From positions 1-64,000 of IMG/VR virus record IMGVR_UViG_3300032218_002424: a DNA stretch of 64,000 nt; one strand, given 5' to 3'. Shown in pieces: positions 44,759-56,148 of the stretch. The position numbers and the translations under genes were made by a program. Within the stretch, counting starts at the first letter, position 1; each line of letters starts with the position of its first letter. This DNA is from a virus (Duplodnaviria > Caudoviricetes). The notes below the pieces were generated by a model. That model was not told the DNA's origin. It did no database searches and worked only from the letters and a program-made list of their open reading frames with translations.

Positions 44759-47700
44759 ATGACAGAGAACATTAATACCCAGATCACCGCTAGTGCTGAC
44801 TTTTCTAGTTTAATAAGTCAGATACACCAAGCGGTATCTCAATTAGCTCTCTTGCAACAAAAAATCGGTGCATCAAATGTAGCACTGAGTCAACAAATAA
44901 ATGCAAGTAATAATGCATTTGCAAATACATTAAAAAATAGTAATCAATTTAGCACACACTTTGTAACCTTAGCTGGAGATACTGAAAAATTTGGTAAAGC
45001 TTTAGATCAAGGAAAACTAAAGTTAAAAGACTATTATAATTCTTGGCAACAATATCATCGCCAAGGCACTGGATTAATCAAAGATCTGGCAAAACAACAA
45101 GCGGCATTACAAAATGCAATTGTTCAACCTATGGGCAGAAATGCTCAAGGACAAATGCAGTTCAATGTACATGTTCCAGCTGGAATTGACGAGCTTGCAA
45201 ATAAAACAAAAATTGCTAAGCAAGAAATGTCAATCCTTAATAAAGTTATGTCTGACGGGGCCAACCAGTTAATTAACTGGGGAAAGAATACACAGTGGGC
45301 AGGCCGCCAATTAACAGTAGGTTTAACAGTTCCAATGGCAGCATTTGGACAAGCTGCAGCACAATCATTTATGCAGATTGATACAGAACTAACAAGACTT
45401 ACAAAAGTTTATGGCGGACTGTCTGCTACCTCACAAACAGAGTTAACAAAAGTAAGAAATGAAACTATCAAAACAGCAAAAGAACTTTCTTCTGCATACG
45501 GAGTTAACTTTAAAGAAACTATTGCTTTAGCAGCTGACATTGCTGCAACAGGTAAACAAGGCAATGAACTTATGTCTTCACTTAGGGAAACAACAAGATT
45601 GTCTGTTCTTGGTGAAGTAAGTAGACAAGATGCAATGAAAGCAACTCTCGCTATTCAAAATGCATTTAAACAAAATACAACAGAACTTGGTCAATCAATT
45701 GACTTCCTTAACGCTGTTGAAAACCAAACATCAACCACACTTCAAGATTTGGTTAATGCTATTCCAAAAGCTGGTCCAGTTGTAAAGGGCTTGGGCGGAA
45801 ATGTAAAAGACCTTGCATTAATGTTGGTAGCAATGAAAGAAGGAGGCGTTGATGCCGCTTCTGCTGCAAACGGATTAAAGTCAGCACTTGGATCTTTAAT
45901 TAATCCAACAAAAACAGCAAAGGGATTATTCCAATCTTTTGGTATTGATCTTGGATCTATTGTAAATAATAATGCTGGCCATGTAACAGATACGATTATG
46001 GCATTGCAAGAGGCATTAAATAAATTAAATCCATTACAAAAACAACAAGCTTTAGAAGCTTTGTTTGGTAAGTACCAGTTTGCAAGAATGGGTGCACTGT
46101 TTGACAATCTAGGTAAAAAGGGAAGCCAAACGCTTCAGGTATTAGATTTGATGAAAGCAAGCACACAAGATCTTGCTGGAGTAGCACAACGAGAATTAGC
46201 ACAGCAAACAGAGTCAGCATCTGGAAAGTATAAAAGAGCACTCGAATCATTAAGAGCAGATTTAGCAACAGTAGGATCTGGATTTTTGGGAGTGTCAACA
46301 AATCTTCTTAAAATTGCTGATGGAATCCTTAAGGCTTTTAATGCACTTCCATCTCCAGTCAAAAAGTTTGTAACTTTATTGGGTGGGTTAACAGCTGTAG
46401 CAGGACCAATTATTATGCTTACTGGTGTATTCTCAAACTTCTTGGGATACGTACTTAAAGGTTTTGCTGGTATTAGAGCATTCTTTAGTCATGCAGATAA
46501 GTTTAAATTATTAACTCCAGATATTAGAGCAGCAAATGAAGCTGGTCTTTTAATTGAAAAAACATTTTATTCAGATGCAGAAGCAGCAATTGTATTAAAA
46601 AATGCATTATCAGCACTTAAACTAGAAATGCAACAAATTGCTGCATTGGCAAACGAACATACTATTACAGCTAAGCCACTTGTTGGTGGAATTAGTGGCA
46701 CACAAATTGGCGGACTCGATTTTGCACATTATAATCCACAAGCTAGATTAACAGAAGAGCAAAGACTACAACAAACTTTTCATACAGCAATTCCATTAGA
46801 TCCATCTACTAATAAAAAGATTGGTGAAAATCCACAGGTAATGATGATGCCAGGTCAGGGCATTGCAAAAGTTCAGGGATTGACAATGATTAATGGAGCA
46901 ACCACTGGAATTAATGCGGCAGAGTCTGCAAAGTGGAATGCTATGATGACAACAATGGCAATGCGTACTAAGTCTGAAATGCAAGCCGTAGAAAAAGTTT
47001 TGATAGAAACAGGACAATTGCCAGCAGAATTTATGGCAGACTTTAATGTTATTCTTCCAAAGATGCAGGCAATTGCAACAACTGCAGCAGAATCTTCTGC
47101 TAGAGTTGCTCGTTCTGCAGAACAAGGAATTCTTTCTGTTAAGGCAGCTCAATCCGAAATTGAAGCAATTAATGCTGCAATGATTGCAGATATGAATGCC
47201 CTTAGTATTGCATCTGGAGTTCCGCAAGCTAGAATGACAATGGTTCCAGGAACCAATACAGCTATTGCTTCAGGTACTGCAGTTGCTGGAAATCAAGATT
47301 ACAATATGAGATCTGTTTTAAGAAGTGGCGAAGGAAGAATGGGTGGTATTACTTCTAGAATATCAAACGCACTTAAAATTGGAATTAGAAGAATTAAACT
47401 GCAAAATGGTGGAACAGCAATTGGACATTATTCAAAGGGATTTACTCCAAAATCTGCTATGGCAGCCGCAAGAATGCTCAAAGCTTTTGCAAAAAGATCT
47501 TCTGGTATTGGTGGATTAAGAACTCCTAATTTAAGAGGAACTGGAAGTGGTCCTTCTACAATTAGTGCATCTGAAGCGGGAACTGGAATATCATTTGGAT
47601 TATTAACAAAGAGAAACTCTAAGGTATATCAAGATCCAACAATTCAAGAATATGGAATTACTCCAACATCTGGAAATGATTTCTTAGTACATGCATTAAC

Positions 47701-50700
47701 TCCAGGGTATAGAGCAAGAACTGCATCCCTTCCAACAATGGGAACTCAATCAACCCCATCTGTTCCAGCAGATAGATTTGCTGAATTTGGAATAACAACT
47801 TCATCAAAATCTCCATACTTACAAACACTTCCAACACAATTTGTTAAAAATACTAAACAGTTTAATGAAGCATTAAGAGCTGGTGCAGATGCATCTCAGT
47901 TTAGACAAGTAACTGGACCTGATATGGTCAGCCTTTTGCTTTTCTTAAAAGATCAAGGTGTTAGTGCTGGTAAAGCAAAAGTAATTGCTGAAAGAGCAGC
48001 AAATGTTTTAAATGAGTTAGTTGCTTCATCTAATGTTCCTATTACAGAAGAATTATTTGGCAATATGGTTAATCGTGCTTCTGTAAGAGCAATTAGAAGC
48101 GGATTCCTTCCATCAATGACTAGAGTTGTAGATTCAATGGGCTACGATATGCACACTAGAAACAGAGGACTTGCACCAGTACCTTATGCCAATGGAGTAA
48201 CAAAACTTCCAGGTTATGGCGGTGGAGATATTATTCCAGCTATGTTGGAGCCAGGAGAGTCTGTTGTAACAAAGCAAGCAACTGCAAGATATGCACCAAT
48301 CATTGATATGATGAATAAAGGTCAACTTCCAGGTTTTGCACAAGGAGTTACAGGTATTGGAAAATTAGGTAACTTTGCTAAAAATATAATTACAGGTCCA
48401 GGAATTGTAGCAAGTCTTGTTGGAGGTATTGCTGGACAAAATATTGGTAATCAATTAGGTGGAACATTTGGCGGACTTGCTGGTGGAATTATAGGTCCAG
48501 CATTGTTAAGTCCAGTAATGAAATTGGGTGGAGCATTATTTAATGTTGCTAAAGCTGGCGGCGGAGTAAGAACAGTTTTGATGGGATTGAGAACAGCATT
48601 AATGGCAAATCCGTGGGGACTTGCAATTACTGGAACATTAGCGGTTGCCGCAGGAATGTGGAAACTTTGGGACAATGCTAGAAAAGCAAGACAAGCTTCT
48701 GTAGATGCATTTAAATTAACTGGCAAAGAAGCTGCTGAAGCAAAAATTAAAGTTGTAAGTTTTTCAGACAATATTAAATCTGCTATGGAGAATGCTAAAA
48801 AACAAGCAGAATTAAACAAGGCATTAATTGAATCAACAAAAATTGCAGGTGGCACTGGCGGATTAAATATGACAGTTAAAGAACTTAAAGAAATGCAAAA
48901 GTCTGCTAAAGAAACAATGCCAGATATTGTTAAGATGTTTGATCAAATGGATCGTTCAGATGTTGTTGCAAATGCAGCAGCACTAAAAGCACAATTTGTA
49001 GCAGGTGGAAAATCAGCAGAAGAAGCATCAAAGATGATTTTTTCAATTATCTCTGTTTCTAATAAAGCTGGTATGGCAGTTAAAGCAATTTCTTCACAAG
49101 CGTTTGTTGATATTAAAGATAAGGCAACCGCAGCAACATCTTCTATAATTGCATTCAATAATGCAATGAAGGTTGGAGCAGATAAAAAAGAATTAGCAGC
49201 AGCTTTTGATTCAGCAATGAGTTCCGTAGATGCATACTATCAAAGTCTTGTTGGAAGCAAAGATGAAACTGGACATATCATTACACAGACAGAAGCCCTT
49301 GCCATGTCTATGGATAAATTAAATAAGAATGCAAAAACAAATAAGGCAATTGGTGCAGACCAACTCGCAATCTTATTAAAAGAACGTCCAGAAATGTTGG
49401 GAATTCTTAGTGCAACAGATAGCACTGCAGATGCATATGCAAAGATTAAACTTTATACATCAGGAATTGCAGCAGACTTAACAAACATTAGCGGCAAACA
49501 AGCACAATCAATGTTGTCAGCACAAACAGCATTACAGCAAAGTGCAACAAATATTACTACAGATGCATCTCTTGGTGCACCAACTTCTGGTTTAGCAGCA
49601 CTTGGAACAAAGGCAGCAACCGATTCAAAGAATGCAGCTGCCGCTGCATCTGCTGCAGCTAAAGCAGCACAAAGAGATATTACTGCTGAAACAAATGCAA
49701 TTGATAAAAAAATTCAAGCAATTAAAGCAGAAGCAGATGCAAGAAAGAAAGCATTGTCAGAACAACAAGCATCTGCAGATATATCTCTTCAAATTCAACA
49801 GCAACAACTTAAATATCAACAAGCAATTGCTACTGGTAATATGGCAGATGCTGCTTCAGCACAATTAGAAATTCAAAAGTTAAGTGGACAACGTCAGACA
49901 CAACTTGCTCAAAATGCGATTGATAATAAAGCACAATCTCAAACTGAGGCCCTACAATCTCAAAAAGATGGTTTGGCAGCATCAATAGCAGCAGCTCAAA
50001 AGAAAGCAACAGATCTTCAAGGAAAAGCAACTGGTGCTGCAGACTATAGTTCAAAAATTCAAGCAATCCAACAAGCTATTGCGGGATTAATTTCTGAAAC
50101 ATCTCTTACTAGTGATCCAGCAACAATTAAAGCAAATGGAATAAAGTTAAGTCAGCAACTAGATGCCTTAAGAAAACTTGGATCTGAAGGTGTAAAGGCG
50201 GCAAATGCAATTGCTCCAACTTCTGGAAAAGTTTATAATGGTTCTACTCTTGAAAATAAGCCAACCGACTACGCACAAGTTCTTCAGCAGCTTGCATCTA
50301 AAAATGAACAAAATGCAAAAGATCAAAAATTATTTAGTGGATCGGTTTCAGATTTTGCAGCAGCAGTAGCACTCTTTAAGGGAGTTAACACAACTGGAAG
50401 TAATACAACCTTTACAAGTGGAAAAGCAGCTGCAGCAGCATTTAATAAAAAAACTGGCGGGTCTTGGGGTGCTAGTCAATTTGATAATTTTGAAACAAAA
50501 GCAAATACAAATTCTGATAGCGTATCTTCACAATTTGGTAAAGGAATGGGATATTCAGAAGGAACAGAATTTTCTGTAGATCATAACTTTAAGAGATACA
50601 CATATAAGATGCAAAAGAATAAAGATGGAAATCTTTATGCAGCATTTGAATCTGTTACACAGCTTCCAAAGAAAGCACAAGGTGGACTTATGTTTGGTCC

Positions 50701-51043
50701 AGGAACTGGAACATCTGATTCAATTCCAGCAATGCTTTCTAGAGGAGAGTATGTTGTTAAAGCATCTGCTGTTCAAAAATATGGCGTTGGCACATTAGAT
50801 AGCATTAACTCTCTTAAGATGGCAGCAGGCGGAATGGTAATGTCATATGGAGACACTTCAAGATATATGGGCGGCGGAAGAATTGCTATGGCACAGGGTG
50901 GACAAGCTACCACTGGAAATGTTATAATTTCTAATAACATTACTGTTAATGGAACAAACCTATCTGGTGATGAAATTGCAAGAGCAATTACTGTTGAACA
51001 AAATCGTCAAATGGCTATGAGCGGAAGAAGAAGGACTTATTAA
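44759..51043 (+). CDS. Tape measure protein, 2094 aa
   Basis: TP901-like core (NWGKNTQWAGRQL, N.VENQT), Ala-rich helices, hydrophobic segments, GTSDSIPAMLS.GEYVV. Confidence 0.95.
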   Translation: MTENINTQITASADFSSLISQIHQAVSQLALLQQKIGASNVALSQQINASNNAFANTLKNSNQFSTHFVTLAGDTEKFGKALDQGKLKLKDYYNSWQQYHRQGTGLIKDLAKQQAALQNAIVQPMGRNAQGQMQFNVHVPAGIDELANKTKIAKQEMSILNKVMSDGANQLINWGKNTQWAGRQLTVGLTVPMAAFGQAAAQSFMQIDTELTRLTKVYGGLSATSQTELTKVRNETIKTAKELSSAYGVNFKETIALAADIAATGKQGNELMSSLRETTRLSVLGEVSRQDAMKATLAIQNAFKQNTTELGQSIDFLNAVENQTSTTLQDLVNAIPKAGPVVKGLGGNVKDLALMLVAMKEGGVDAASAANGLKSALGSLINPTKTAKGLFQSFGIDLGSIVNNNAGHVTDTIMALQEALNKLNPLQKQQALEALFGKYQFARMGALFDNLGKKGSQTLQVLDLMKASTQDLAGVAQRELAQQTESASGKYKRALESLRADLATVGSGFLGVSTNLLKIADGILKAFNALPSPVKKFVTLLGGLTAVAGPIIMLTGVFSNFLGYVLKGFAGIRAFFSHADKFKLLTPDIRAANEAGLLIEKTFYSDAEAAIVLKNALSALKLEMQQIAALANEHTITAKPLVGGISGTQIGGLDFAHYNPQARLTEEQRLQQTFHTAIPLDPSTNKKIGENPQVMMMPGQGIAKVQGLTMINGATTGINAAESAKWNAMMTTMAMRTKSEMQAVEKVLIETGQLPAEFMADFNVILPKMQAIATTAAESSARVARSAEQGILSVKAAQSEIEAINAAMIADMNALSIASGVPQARMTMVPGTNTAIASGTAVAGNQDYNMRSVLRSGEGRMGGITSRISNALKIGIRRIKLQNGGTAIGHYSKGFTPKSAMAAARMLKAFAKRSSGIGGLRTPNLRGTGSGPSTISASEAGTGISFGLLTKRNSKVYQDPTIQEYGITPTSGNDFLVHALTPGYRARTASLPTMGTQSTPSVPADRFAEFGITTSSKSPYLQTLPTQFVKNTKQFNEALRAGADASQFRQVTGPDMVSLLLFLKDQGVSAGKAKVIAERAANVLNELVASSNVPITEELFGNMVNRASVRAIRSGFLPSMTRVVDSMGYDMHTRNRGLAPVPYANGVTKLPGYGGGDIIPAMLEPGESVVTKQATARYAPIIDMMNKGQLPGFAQGVTGIGKLGNFAKNIITGPGIVASLVGGIAGQNIGNQLGGTFGGLAGGIIGPALLSPVMKLGGALFNVAKAGGGVRTVLMGLRTALMANPWGLAITGTLAVAAGMWKLWDNARKARQASVDAFKLTGKEAAEAKIKVVSFSDNIKSAMENAKKQAELNKALIESTKIAGGTGGLNMTVKELKEMQKSAKETMPDIVKMFDQMDRSDVVANAAALKAQFVAGGKSAEEASKMIFSIISVSNKAGMAVKAISSQAFVDIKDKATAATSSIIAFNNAMKVGADKKELAAAFDSAMSSVDAYYQSLVGSKDETGHIITQTEALAMSMDKLNKNAKTNKAIGADQLAILLKERPEMLGILSATDSTADAYAKIKLYTSGIAADLTNISGKQAQSMLSAQTALQQSATNITTDASLGAPTSGLAALGTKAATDSKNAAAAASAAAKAAQRDITAETNAIDKKIQAIKAEADARKKALSEQQASADISLQIQQQQLKYQQAIATGNMADAASAQLEIQKLSGQRQTQLAQNAIDNKAQSQTEALQSQKDGLAASIAAAQKKATDLQGKATGAADYSSKIQAIQQAIAGLISETSLTSDPATIKANGIKLSQQLDALRKLGSEGVKAANAIAPTSGKVYNGSTLENKPTDYAQVLQQLASKNEQNAKDQKLFSGSVSDFAAAVALFKGVNTTGSNTTFTSGKAAAAAFNKKTGGSWGASQFDNFETKANTNSDSVSSQFGKGMGYSEGTEFSVDHNFKRYTYKMQKNKDGNLYAAFESVTQLPKKAQGGLMFGPGTGTSDSIPAMLSRGEYVVKASAVQKYGVGTLDSINSLKMAAGGMVMSYGDTSRYMGGGRIAMAQGGQATTGNVIISNNITVNGTNLSGDEIARAITVEQNRQMAMSGRRRTY

Positions 51044-51501
51044 TGAGCACAGTATATTTACCAGTAGGCTCAGCACTCTTTGTTGATACTTCAACAAATG
51101 ATACTCCAGTATGGCAAAAATTAACAGAGCACAATAGATCTCAGATAACTTTAGACAATAACAGAATTGAAAAAATTCAAAGAATGTCCAATGGGACACT
51201 TAGAAAATTATTTGTGGCGGATAAAAAGACATTTAGTACATCTTGGACAATGCTTCCATCATATTCAACAATGACAGTTGATGGCGGATGGGGAGCAGAA
51301 GATTTAAGATCATTTTATTATGGAACAAAAGGACAACAAACTTTTAAATTAAGAATTTCATATAATGGTACAAGAACAGAAGATTTTGTTGTTTCCTTTC
51401 AAACATGCAATTTTACAGTAGTCAAAAGAAATGTGAAGGCAAAATCATCAGATACACCCCAAGAATTTTGGGATGTTAGTCTTGCAATGGAACAGGTATA
51501 A
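51043..51501 (+). CDS. Distal tail (Dit-like) protein
   Basis: Directly after the tape measure; R..NGTLR......K..F..SW..LP. Confidence 0.7.
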   Translation: MSTVYLPVGSALFVDTSTNDTPVWQKLTEHNRSQITLDNNRIEKIQRMSNGTLRKLFVADKKTFSTSWTMLPSYSTMTVDGGWGAEDLRSFYYGTKGQQTFKLRISYNGTRTEDFVVSFQTCNFTVVKRNVKAKSSDTPQEFWDVSLAMEQV

Positions 51502-53489
51502 TGATCTCTGTAGGAACAGATGCGGACGACCTTGCCGTAAAAAATCTATTATCTCAAAGCACAAGCATGTCTATGGATATTGGTGCAACAATTGATATTA
51601 ATGTAAATTCAATGGTAGACTTTACAAGTTCTTCTATTACTGGAAATGATTATACTACGATTGCAAATCGTCAGCCATTTAAAAAGCTTTTTCCATTGGA
51701 TACAATTGTAAAGCCATTAAGACCAGTTTCGGCGGGAATTAAATATGGGGTATCAGGAGATGTTGCACAATATACATATGCAGATCCCACTACAGTTACA
51801 TATACTCCAGATGCACAAAAAACAAATACAATTAAATATAGAACCTATTATCCAGGTTCAGACACATATTACAAATATTGGCTAAGCCCAAAAGATCAGA
51901 ACGCATCCCTTGCGATTACATATCCAAAAACAGTTTATGCAAATAAAATAATTATAACATTTGAAATTAGTCATTCGATGCCATCTGCCTGGTCTATTAC
52001 AGTTGGTTCCTCAACAATATCTGGAACATCAGCAGATATTAAAAACTTCAATTCAACAAAGTTTGATGCTGGGCAGTTGGCACTTTATTACAATGGAACA
52101 ACATGGAGCAAAAATGCTTCAGATATTAATTTAAATTCTTATGCAAGCTTTACAACAATGTCAATGACCGCCACAAATCCAGGCGGATATATTGGAGTAA
52201 TTGAATTTGCACCACACTGGGTAAGAGATTTGACACCATATGTAGTTGATTTTAATTTAAGAAAAGAATCTTCAGCAAGTACTGAAGCACTAATTCCAGT
52301 AGGAAACATTACCGCAAACTCTTTATCAATGATGTTAAATAACTATAATGGCAATCAATCTTCTGGATCAATTTACTTTGAAACATATTTGAAGTCAACA
52401 ACAATTGATATTACAAAGATGTATTTATACAAGCAAGCTCAAATAAATCTTTATATAAAATTATACAATTCAGGCGGAGGGTATTCAGATTCAAAGGGAT
52501 CTTATTATAAGATTAATCAAGGAACATTTTATTTAGATTCATGGGATATCGCAGAGTATGGTGATGTTACTTTAAACGGACTTGATGGAGCAAAAATTCT
52601 TCAAGAAACATTAGCACCAGATATTTTTTGCGATGGCTATTCGTCCGTAGCAATTATTAGAAGATTGCTTGATGCAGTAGGATTTACAAATTATAGCTTT
52701 AACTACAATACAAATGATCAATCAATTATTTCTCCAAATTACTGGTGGACAGATGCCACAATGACAGTTTGGGATAACTTACAAAATCTTTGCAGAGATT
52801 CTCAGATGAGTGCTGTTATGGATGAAAACAATGTATTGCAGTTTTATACAAGAGACTTTATCTATGATGCTACTAAGTCTGTAAACTATCAGTTTAGAAA
52901 TTCTTTTAGTGGATCTGATTTATCAAATATAATTTCATTGGTTAAAAAAGATTTGCCATCTGTTAATCAGGTAAAAATTATTTACTACAGTGCCGTAAGC
53001 TCTGCATACGACCAAAGTAGTGCACCTCTTTGGTCATCTGGACAATCATTTCTTGCCGCAGCAGCATTGGTTGAAAATATTTTAACTAGTGATGTTCCTT
53101 CAATAGGAGTAAAAAAATATCTTCATCTTAATCCAATTGTTATTAATGATTTAAATGCAGAGCAAATTGTTTATAGTTACAACGGATTTTTTATGGTGGG
53201 ATCTGAGATTATAGAGTATGATGCTATAGAATATCAATATACAGATATTAATACGTTAGATTCTAAAACAATTGATGTTACTGGAGAATCTGATCTTCTT
53301 AAATATCGTGGGCAAGCAAAAATTAATGCAACCCCAGGAAATAATTTATATCAAACAACATTTACGCCAACTGGAAGATATAGAATTAAAACCAGAGGAG
53401 CGTTTGGCACAAAGATCGAAAATCATTATGTTAATGCAAAAAATGATTCAGATGGTTGGTCTGGATATAAAGGCGTGGTGTGGAAGTAA
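51501..53489 (+). CDS. Tail tip / baseplate hub protein
   Basis: Position; TVW..LQ.L.......DE.N.L.F pattern; EII.YD...RG.FGT. Confidence 0.7.
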   Translation: MISVGTDADDLAVKNLLSQSTSMSMDIGATIDINVNSMVDFTSSSITGNDYTTIANRQPFKKLFPLDTIVKPLRPVSAGIKYGVSGDVAQYTYADPTTVTYTPDAQKTNTIKYRTYYPGSDTYYKYWLSPKDQNASLAITYPKTVYANKIIITFEISHSMPSAWSITVGSSTISGTSADIKNFNSTKFDAGQLALYYNGTTWSKNASDINLNSYASFTTMSMTATNPGGYIGVIEFAPHWVRDLTPYVVDFNLRKESSASTEALIPVGNITANSLSMMLNNYNGNQSSGSIYFETYLKSTTIDITKMYLYKQAQINLYIKLYNSGGGYSDSKGSYYKINQGTFYLDSWDIAEYGDVTLNGLDGAKILQETLAPDIFCDGYSSVAIIRRLLDAVGFTNYSFNYNTNDQSIISPNYWWTDATMTVWDNLQNLCRDSQMSAVMDENNVLQFYTRDFIYDATKSVNYQFRNSFSGSDLSNIISLVKKDLPSVNQVKIIYYSAVSSAYDQSSAPLWSSGQSFLAAAALVENILTSDVPSIGVKKYLHLNPIVINDLNAEQIVYSYNGFFMVGSEIIEYDAIEYQYTDINTLDSKTIDVTGESDLLKYRGQAKINATPGNNLYQTTFTPTGRYRIKTRGAFGTKIENHYVNAKNDSDGWSGYKGVVWK

Positions 53490-54862
53490 TGGCAACAGAT
53501 CGTATTGTAGATTACAATGCAACAGTATCATCTGTTGCAGCTCAAGTAGATACAACTACTCAAGCATATGATGGAACTGAACAAGTTTCATATACAATGA
53601 ATAAAGAATTTAATGTTTCTAAATCTCTTCTTACAATTAGTACCGATAACGATTCTTCAACAAATTCTATTATTATAAGAGATAGCAAAATATCAACCGC
53701 CTCCCAATACTATGCTTTTGGCACAACTATGTTTTTTAAAGCATCCGTTAATGATGAAAGACAATGCGGTGGCATGGGATTTTTTGTTGATGGAAATGGT
53801 GCCACAGGATATTTTGTTTCAATTACTAGTACATCAACTGCCGCAGCTCAAGGTGGAAATGAATTTAAATTTTATAAGGTAAAAAATGGCAATAAGTATT
53901 TATTGGATGATTCTCAATCAGTAAGTGATGCGGCTAGACTTACTGGAATTTATAGTGGAACCTCTTACAAGATAGATATATTTGTAAATGTTGGGTCAAC
54001 CAAAACCGATCTTATTGCCTATGTTAATGGATTTAAAATTACAGCTTCAGATTCATCTAAAACAGTTGGGTCTAATACAATTGCAGTTTTACCTAAATCT
54101 AGCAAGATTGGACTTTATGCCAATCTGGGTACAGCAGCATTTGACTATGTTTATGCCATGCAAATAGATTCAACACAATTTAACTCTGCAAATACATATA
54201 ATATTTATAAGCAAAGCTTTTCTAAAACAGCAATTGATGTAGCATACGGAGATTTATTTGTAAGTGGAACTCAAGAAGTTGATTCATCAACATCAACAAA
54301 ATTTGTTCAAGAGTTTGGGCCAGTTGCTAGAGAAATTAGAAATATCAAAACTAGATACGACTCTACTCCAGCTTTTCCAAAATATATTACAACTGGAATT
54401 AATCAGGCGGTTTCAGTTATTGGATCTAAACTTTCTTCGTTTACAGCAGACATATATCTTTTAAATAATTCTGGAACCTATGTTCCAATTGATGATGGAG
54501 CACTCACATCGTTTGCAATTATTGGAAATACAATTACAACAAGCAGCCCACTTACTTATATGGATGATACACTAGACCCATATTCTCCACAAGAACCAGT
54601 TGCATTTAATTCACAATGGATTCAAAAATATATTGATGCTAAAAATCTTTCTGATTGGATTAAAAATCAATGGAAAAATCAACAAAGAACTATTGAATTA
54701 GTTACATTTGCAAATCCATTAATTTCAGTTTCAGATATTATTACAGTTGATTATCCGTTCAATGGATTGTCTTCAAGTAATAAATTTGTAGTTACAAATG
54801 TTACTCAAGCATGGAAGGACGGGTTAGAGACTACCATTACAGCTAGATCCATTTATAGTTGA
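53489..54862 (+). CDS. Minor tail protein (lectin-like domain plus hub C-terminus)
   Basis: EFG.VARE; S.WIQ...A..L..W; NPLI...D...V.Y; TAATG overlap. Confidence 0.7.
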   Translation: MATDRIVDYNATVSSVAAQVDTTTQAYDGTEQVSYTMNKEFNVSKSLLTISTDNDSSTNSIIIRDSKISTASQYYAFGTTMFFKASVNDERQCGGMGFFVDGNGATGYFVSITSTSTAAAQGGNEFKFYKVKNGNKYLLDDSQSVSDAARLTGIYSGTSYKIDIFVNVGSTKTDLIAYVNGFKITASDSSKTVGSNTIAVLPKSSKIGLYANLGTAAFDYVYAMQIDSTQFNSANTYNIYKQSFSKTAIDVAYGDLFVSGTQEVDSSTSTKFVQEFGPVAREIRNIKTRYDSTPAFPKYITTGINQAVSVIGSKLSSFTADIYLLNNSGTYVPIDDGALTSFAIIGNTITTSSPLTYMDDTLDPYSPQEPVAFNSQWIQKYIDAKNLSDWIKNQWKNQQRTIELVTFANPLISVSDIITVDYPFNGLSSSNKFVVTNVTQAWKDGLETTITARSIYS

Positions 54863-54867
54863 CCAAA

Positions 54868-54876
54868 TGGTATAAT
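54868..54876 (+). promoter_or_regulatory. Extended -10 TGGTATAAT, 7 nt before ATG 54884 (leaderless)
   Basis: No SD. Confidence 0.6.
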
Positions 54877-54883
54877 TAAAATT

Positions 54884-55276
54884 ATGACTAATGCTAACAT
54901 TTCCAGCAACCAAGTAGCAAAAAATGCTCCGATATTTTTAACGGCAGATTCACCAGAGCTATATTACCTAGACCCATCCTTTGTAAGAATTATTTCTGCA
55001 AATGCTACCACTAGCTATGTTAATGCATATTTGTCTGGCGGAAATTTTGGAGGAGGAAGTGGGCCAGTTGTTCCACCATCAAATCCAGTTGATCCAGTTA
55101 ATCCAAAAACTCCAGCAAAAGGAAAAAAGCTTCCACCAGATCTTTCTGATATTTCAATTTATAAACAAGAGATTGATTACACGGTTAATCCCCCAAAAGT
55201 TAATATTACATTTAGAGTAAAAAATTCAACTGGACTATCAGTTGTCGGACTGAATATGTTGGTGCCTAAGCAATGA
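54884..55276 (+). CDS. Minor tail protein with Gly/Pro linker
   Basis: ORF track; position in the tail module. Confidence 0.7.
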   Translation: MTNANISSNQVAKNAPIFLTADSPELYYLDPSFVRIISANATTSYVNAYLSGGNFGGGSGPVVPPSNPVDPVNPKTPAKGKKLPPDLSDISIYKQEIDYTVNPPKVNITFRVKNSTGLSVVGLNMLVPKQ

Positions 55277-56148
55277 TTACTAAATTTGGAAAAAGATTTA
55301 TTACTTCTTATCTAGCAGGAAATGCCCCGTTCCCAGGGCAAGAGCTTGCAATTGGTATTGATTCAACAGCAGTTAATTCAAGCGGTAACGATACACGACT
55401 TGGATTTGAATTTTATAGATATCCAGTAACCCTAGGCTCAATTGATATTCAAACAGATCAATCTGGCAACAGCACATATGCAGTTGTTTATAAAACAACT
55501 ATTCCACAAGACGTGGCGGGGATTGTAAAGGAAATAGGTCTTTACCCAGGAGTAAGATCTAGCGTTAATGCATTTGATAGCAAGTTTATTTCAGATTTTG
55601 AAAACAATTTATTGTGGGTAGACTCTACTGGAATTAATCCAGATTTAGTTACAACTCCAACACCAAGAATTGGATCAACAATGTTTAAGATTGTTTCCGC
55701 ATCAGGAGCTGTAAAAGAATTTACCTCATCAATTATTCCTCTTAATATTTCTGGTTATAGTCAAAATGACACACTTGCTTTGTCTTATAACCAAGCAGAT
55801 ACCAATCTTTCTTCTATCAAGATAAAGTTTTATAGTTCTGATTCAGATTATGTTTATTTAAACTATACTAACTTTTCCGCAACTGGAGAAGCAATTAAAA
55901 GCCTTCCGCTATCTGGATTAGTTACAGTAGGAAATCCAGATACAACATCAATCTTTAAAGTTGGTGTAGAGGTGACTGCCAAAAATACTGGTGCAACAAC
56001 AGTTTATTTGGACGGATTAAGAATTAATGACGAAGATACTTTCGATCCTAGATTTGGAATGATTGCTAGATCAGTTCTTTCAACACCACTTACAAAGTTG
56101 GCTGGAAGACCAGTTGATATAGAATACAGATTGGCACTGAACTTTTAA
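55273..56148 (+). CDS. Minor tail / fibre-attachment protein
   Basis: MIT..GKR....YLAG...L.FEF.R.P...EIGLY...R..L..P..K......IEY.L. Confidence 0.75.
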   Translation: MITKFGKRFITSYLAGNAPFPGQELAIGIDSTAVNSSGNDTRLGFEFYRYPVTLGSIDIQTDQSGNSTYAVVYKTTIPQDVAGIVKEIGLYPGVRSSVNAFDSKFISDFENNLLWVDSTGINPDLVTTPTPRIGSTMFKIVSASGAVKEFTSSIIPLNISGYSQNDTLALSYNQADTNLSSIKIKFYSSDSDYVYLNYTNFSATGEAIKSLPLSGLVTVGNPDTTSIFKVGVEVTAKNTGATTVYLDGLRINDEDTFDPRFGMIARSVLSTPLTKLAGRPVDIEYRLALNF

